Assembly: GCA_965226495.1 (NCBI GenBank)
Contig: OZ245365.1
Location: 5,408,001-5,472,000 of the forward strand
Reading direction: 5' to 3'
DNA: 64,000 bases
From: Candidatus Marinacidobacterales bacterium
Lineage (GTDB): Bacteria; Acidobacteriota; Vicinamibacteria; Marinacidobacterales; DATDRI01
The translations under genes were made by a program, and so were the position numbers. The notes beneath the pieces were generated by a model, which made no database searches, was not told the DNA's origin, and saw only the letters and a list, made by a program, of their open reading frames with translations. This document shows, piece after piece, positions 59,862-64,000 of this stretch (its first letter is position 1; every line of letters begins with the position of its first letter).

Positions 59862-59928
59862 GCCTTGGTCTCCATGGTGAACATTGCTTGTTTGGGCGCT
59901 GGCTCCGCGCCAGCGTCAATCTCAGAAG

Positions 59929-59944
59929 TGCAAGCTGGATGCCA
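59929..59944 (-). promoter_or_regulatory. Sigma-54 promoter (copy 2)
   Basis: TGGCATCCAGCTTGCA = GG-N10-GC. Confidence 0.75.
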
Positions 59945-60053
59945 AGGGTAAGTGCCTAAAAAGGCGAGGGTGGGCGGTAGGGGGGCGGGCGGCGCTTACG
60001 ATTTACGTAAGCACGTTACGTTTCTGGAAACTGGAAAGGTGAGGAGTTTGCCG

Positions 60054-60926
60054 TCACTCCGCGCCGTGCCGATGTTTCCCAGTCCGCGACGCAGGGGCGA
60101 GACGCATGTCTTTGTTTTCGATCTCGGCCGGCATCAAGAGCAGGTCGGCGACCTTGGTGATGGCCTCGAAGACCTGCACGATGGTCAAGACCTCGAGGAT
60201 GCCTTCTTCGCCTGCTCCCAGGCGCAGCAGCTCGCGCCGATAAAAATTGATGCCGTAGGGCGAACGGGTCACGACCGATGCCGCGAATCCGATCATGGTT
60301 TTATAGGGCCTCGAGAGAACGCGATCGGGCAGCGTCCCACGGACATAGTCCCAGGTCGCCTTCAGGTGGGTACCGCGACCGACGAGATAGCGGAATGCGT
60401 TGGGAAGTTCTCCTCCGTAGAAATCGGTTATCTGGGTGAGAAGTTTTTGCCGAGCAGCAGGAACCTTCTCCAAGCTGGGTGGCGGATAAAGCGGCGCAAC
60501 GAGTGTCGGTCGTTCTTCATCACCATCCAGGGGAACCCCGATCGCGTCGGCGAAGGCGTTCACGTATTGTGCTGCCGCCATGGCGAAACCTGCTTCCAGC
60601 CAAGCTTCGTCGTTATCCATGCCCGCCCGCCGGGCGGACCACTGATGGATCGATGTTCAGTAGTCGCAGGCGTTCATCGCCGACACGCAAGTGGCGATCA
60701 TTTCCTTGCTAGCGGCATCCAGTTTGCCGGGAGCCCATGCCACCTTGGAAGCATTCGACTCACCGCGCCAGACTTCCGGAATCGTCGAGATCACACGGCC
60801 CATGGTGCTATCGAAGTCGATGCCGAACCGATCGCGGACCAGACGCAGGAAATCCTGGATTTCGGGGCTCTGAGATGCGATATCAGGAAGTTCGATGCTG
60901 GCACTATTCGCGTCTGGTCTGCGCAT
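60054..60926 (-). CDS. AhpD/carboxymuconolactone decarboxylase-family protein, probable selenoprotein (CxxU, UGA at 60657-60659)
   Basis: ORFs 60657-60926 and 60054-60620 are in frame and joined by 12 sense codons, reading KEMIATCVSAMNACDY[UGA]TSIHQWSARRAGM; SECIS-like hairpin immediately downstream. Confidence 0.85.
60615..60650 (-). promoter_or_regulatory. Candidate bacterial SECIS element
   Basis: ATCCAT-CAGTG-GTCCGCCC-GGC-GGGCGGGC-ATGGAT; G-initiated apical loop about 25 nt after the UGA. Confidence 0.7.
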
Positions 60927-60978
60927 ATAACGTTCTCCTTCCGCGTTCCATGATGGGCGTCCGGCGGGCGGTAAGTCG

Positions 60979-61863
60979 CTATCGAGCGCGCCAGGACGCC
61001 GGGCTCGCCACTTTCTTGTAAGCGTAAACCATCACATCTTGAAACCTGCCCGGTTGCATCGGCGTCCGGACATCTCCGCGCACCTGGTATCCGAACCCTC
61101 CACTTTCTAGGAAACCCAGAAAATCCGCCAAGCGGTCCTCCCCCGGATCGAGATGGTGATGATACTCGATGGCCATTTGGCGGATGAAGTTACTCTTTCC
61201 CGACTCGACGAGCTCACCTATGACTTGGGACTCAGCTCCTTCGATGTCGATCTTGAGGAGATCAACGGGCTTGTCAACGTATTCCGAGAGTCGCACCGAA
61301 GGAACCCTTAATGGCTGCGTCGAGTTTCTTTTGGGAACCACGCTCCCCGTTCCTGCGCCTGGCCCCTGTGGGTCGGAGTAGAACTCGACGACGCCTTCCG
61401 TGTTCGAGACTGCCTTGTTTACTAACGTGACGTCTTCAAAACCGTTCGCTTCGACGTTACGCTTCAGCAAGGAGAAGATCTCGGGGTCGGGCTCGAAGGC
61501 GAGGATTTTGCACCCAGGGTAGATTCGCTTGAAGAAGAGGATGGACATACCGAGATTCGCGCCACAGTCCACGATGAAGGGTTGGGCCGTAGTACTCGAA
61601 AAGAGATAGTCTCTCGTCAAGAATACTTCGATGAAGATGTACCGCAAAAGACGATAATCGAAGAACTCAATCTGGGCGCCCAGAATTCGCTTGCGGCGCG
61701 GCCGGCCATCGGCCGCAGGCTTGAGAACAGAGCGGAGCTCGAGACCCAAGTAACAGGCCAACGTCCTGAGCCGGCCATCCGCGGGGTCGTCGCGCAGGAT
61801 TTTTGGACCTAGGCGCAGAATTCTTGATACCGCTCGTTGGGTATCATCGAGCCATTCAGGCAT
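60979..61863 (-). CDS. FkbM-family methyltransferase
   Basis: IVDCGANLG, AFEPDP, LLKIDIEGAE, IEYH. Confidence 0.93.
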   Translation of the reverse strand: MPEWLDDTQRAVSRILRLGPKILRDDPADGRLRTLACYLGLELRSVLKPAADGRPRRKRILGAQIEFFDYRLLRYIFIEVFLTRDYLFSSTTAQPFIVDCGANLGMSILFFKRIYPGCKILAFEPDPEIFSLLKRNVEANGFEDVTLVNKAVSNTEGVVEFYSDPQGPGAGTGSVVPKRNSTQPLRVPSVRLSEYVDKPVDLLKIDIEGAESQVIGELVESGKSNFIRQMAIEYHHHLDPGEDRLADFLGFLESGGFGYQVRGDVRTPMQPGRFQDVMVYAYKKVASPASWRAR

Positions 61864-61949
61864 AGGAATTATGAAGAGTGCCACGAAGAGAATAGACCGG
61901 AGCGTAGGGCAAAGCCAAGCGAGCTCGGGGACGAACTACGCGGGCGCGA

Positions 61950-62525
61950 TCAGCCGGTGCGTTTTTCGAATGAGGAGATCTCGGCTTCCTGATCCAGCAG
62001 AAGATCGAGCTCGTCCTTGCCCTGGAGCAAGCAGTGACGCGAGAAAGCATCGATGGGAAATCGGACCTCTTTGCCGCTAGGCAACTTCATGGACTGCGCC
62101 TCTAGATCTATGACGAGCTCCACACCGGGATCGTCCATCAGAGCCCGATGCGTATCCTCGTCCACGACGACCGGTAGGAGTCCGTTCTTGAGTGCATTGT
62201 TGCAGAAGATGTCGGCGAACCGCGTGCTCACGACAGCGCGGAAACCGAAATCGAAGAGCGCCCAGGGGGCGTGCTCACGGGACGAGCCGCATCCGAAGTT
62301 GTCTCCCGCAACTAGAATCTGAGCGCCTCTTGTATTGGCTTGGTTCAGGACGAAATCGGGCTTGGGATTTCCCTGTCCGTCATACCGCCAATCTGCAAAG
62401 AGTTTTTCGCCGAGTCCATCCTTGTTGGTGACGGTCAGGAATCGGGCTGGAATTATTTGGTCGGTATCGACGTTCGTCGCCGGCAGGACGACGGTGCGCG
62501 ATTTGACGACCCGGATCGATTCCAT
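61950..62525 (-). CDS. leuD: 3-isopropylmalate dehydratase small subunit
   Basis: [35 protein letters not shown]. Confidence 0.98.
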   Translation of the reverse strand: MESIRVVKSRTVVLPATNVDTDQIIPARFLTVTNKDGLGEKLFADWRYDGQGNPKPDFVLNQANTRGAQILVAGDNFGCGSSREHAPWALFDFGFRAVVSTRFADIFCNNALKNGLLPVVVDEDTHRALMDDPGVELVIDLEAQSMKLPSGKEVRFPIDAFSRHCLLQGKDELDLLLDQEAEISSFEKRTG

Positions 62526-62527
62526 GG

Positions 62528-63979
62528 TCAGCCCAGGATCTCTCGCGCGTCCGCAATTTGTCCGGTGACCGCGGTGGCGGCTGCGGTAAGCGGACTGGCC
62601 AAAAACGTTCGCGCTCCGGTTCCCTGACGCCCTTCGAAGTTCCGATTGCTGGTGCTCACCACGTATTGACCCGGCTCGACGCGGTCGCCGTTCATGGCGA
62701 TGCACATCGAGCAGCCTGGCTCGCGCCACTCGGCTCCGGCATCTCGGAAGATCCGATCGAGACCTTCCGCTTCGGCCTGCTTTTTTACTTGTCGAGAGCC
62801 GGCGACGACCAGAGCACGCACACCCGACGCCACTTTCCGGCCTTGGAACACGCTCGCCGCAAGACGCAGATCGGAGATTCGAGCGTTGGTGCAGCTGCCG
62901 ATAAAAACAACTTCCACCGGATGGCCGAGCAGCACTTGTCCCGGCTTGAGACCCATGTAGCGAAGGGCTTTATCCGTCGCAGGATCAGAACCCGGTTCGG
63001 GCAGCGGTGAGCGCAGCGGTAACGCCATCCCGGGATTGGTTCCGTACGTAATCATCGGCTGCAATTGCGCAACATCGATGCCAACTTCACGATCGAAGCG
63101 GGCGGCCTTGTCACTTGGTAGCTGTCGCCAGCGCGCCACCGCTTCGTCCCATGCGGCCTCCTTGGGAGCAAGCGGACGACCCGCGAGATATTCGAACGTC
63201 GTCTCGTCGGGCGCCATCATGCCCGCCCGCGCTCCACCTTCGATGGACATGTTGCAAACCGTCATCCGCTCTTCCATCGAAAGGGTGCGCACACAGGAGC
63301 CTCTATACTCGAAGACATGACCGGTGCCCCCATGGACCCCAATCTTGGCGATGATAGCCAGTATCAAGTCCTTGGCGGTCACTCCGACCGGGAGAGCTCC
63401 ATCCAGATGGATCGCGAACGTCTTAGGCCTTCGCTGCAGCAGGCACTGACTCGCCAACACATGTCCCACTTCCGTGGTGCCAATGCCGAAAGCCAGAGCC
63501 CCAAATGCTCCGTGCGTGCTCGTGTGGCTATCCCCGCAAACGATCGTCATTCCCGGCTGAGTAAGCCCCTGCTCGGGTCCGATAACGTGCACGATGCCCT
63601 GTTGCTCATGGCCCAGCGGGAAGAGACGGACACCAAACTCCTCACAGTTGTGCTGGAGTTGTCGTACCTGAGCTTCCGTCTGTGGACTGGAAAAGACGAC
63701 CCGGCCGTCCTTTTCGGGAGGAGTCGTCGGCGTCGAGTGATCCATCGTCGCCACGGTCCGCTCCGGGCGGCGAACAGGCAAGCTCCTTCGGCGCAGCGTC
63801 TCGAAAGCTTGAGGGGACGTGACCTCGTGAACTAAATGAAGATCGACGTAGAGAAGCGCAGGGATATCTTCGGTTTCCGAACGAACGAGGTGAGAGTCCC
63901 AGACCTTACCGAAGAGCGTACGGTTGGTGCCGCTCTCTTGTTCCTTCTCCAAGCTCTCCGTGTTAGCGGCTGGCGACAT
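62528..63979 (-). CDS. leuC: 3-isopropylmalate dehydratase large subunit
   Basis: [53 protein letters not shown]. Confidence 0.99.
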   Translation of the reverse strand: MSPAANTESLEKEQESGTNRTLFGKVWDSHLVRSETEDIPALLYVDLHLVHEVTSPQAFETLRRRSLPVRRPERTVATMDHSTPTTPPEKDGRVVFSSPQTEAQVRQLQHNCEEFGVRLFPLGHEQQGIVHVIGPEQGLTQPGMTIVCGDSHTSTHGAFGALAFGIGTTEVGHVLASQCLLQRRPKTFAIHLDGALPVGVTAKDLILAIIAKIGVHGGTGHVFEYRGSCVRTLSMEERMTVCNMSIEGGARAGMMAPDETTFEYLAGRPLAPKEAAWDEAVARWRQLPSDKAARFDREVGIDVAQLQPMITYGTNPGMALPLRSPLPEPGSDPATDKALRYMGLKPGQVLLGHPVEVVFIGSCTNARISDLRLAASVFQGRKVASGVRALVVAGSRQVKKQAEAEGLDRIFRDAGAEWREPGCSMCIAMNGDRVEPGQYVVSTSNRNFEGRQGTGARTFLASPLTAAATAVTGQIADAREILG

Positions 63980-64000
63980 TGGCGAGCTCGATACTCCGGG

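Overview
A GC-rich bacterial chromosomal segment with about 65 protein-coding genes. It is mostly housekeeping: accD-folC, a siderophore/B12-type ABC transporter, folK plus a deoxynucleoside kinase, fadD-gatB-ftsE, udk, ftsX, mqnD, coaX, acnA, cstA, hisS, rho and leuCD. It also carries several DNA glycosylases (mug, two Fpg paralogues, tag) and two amino/imino-acid catabolic clusters. Gene content and intergenic GGGGTGGGGCCCC repeats tentatively suggest Acidobacteriota (inference only). No rRNA, tRNA, CRISPR array or intact transposase was seen. Main signals not explained by the ORF track: (1) an AhpD/CMD-family gene split by an in-frame UGA at a CxxC position and followed by a SECIS-like hairpin, i.e. 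a probable selenoprotein (60054-60926); (2) an uncalled 44-aa metallothionein-like gene with a strong RBS and an ECF-type promoter (50292-50426); (3) a free-standing archaeal-type ThrRS editing domain with altered pocket residues; (4) a duplicated sigma-54 promoter/enhancer module serving a His-rich Tat lipoprotein and possibly captured by a CHRD gene; (5) an 82-bp structured repeat with compensatory base changes, a CTAG-flanked MITE, a synonymously diverged second ftsX 3' end, a perfect 97-bp tandem duplication and a single-base frameshift in a GMC oxidoreductase.
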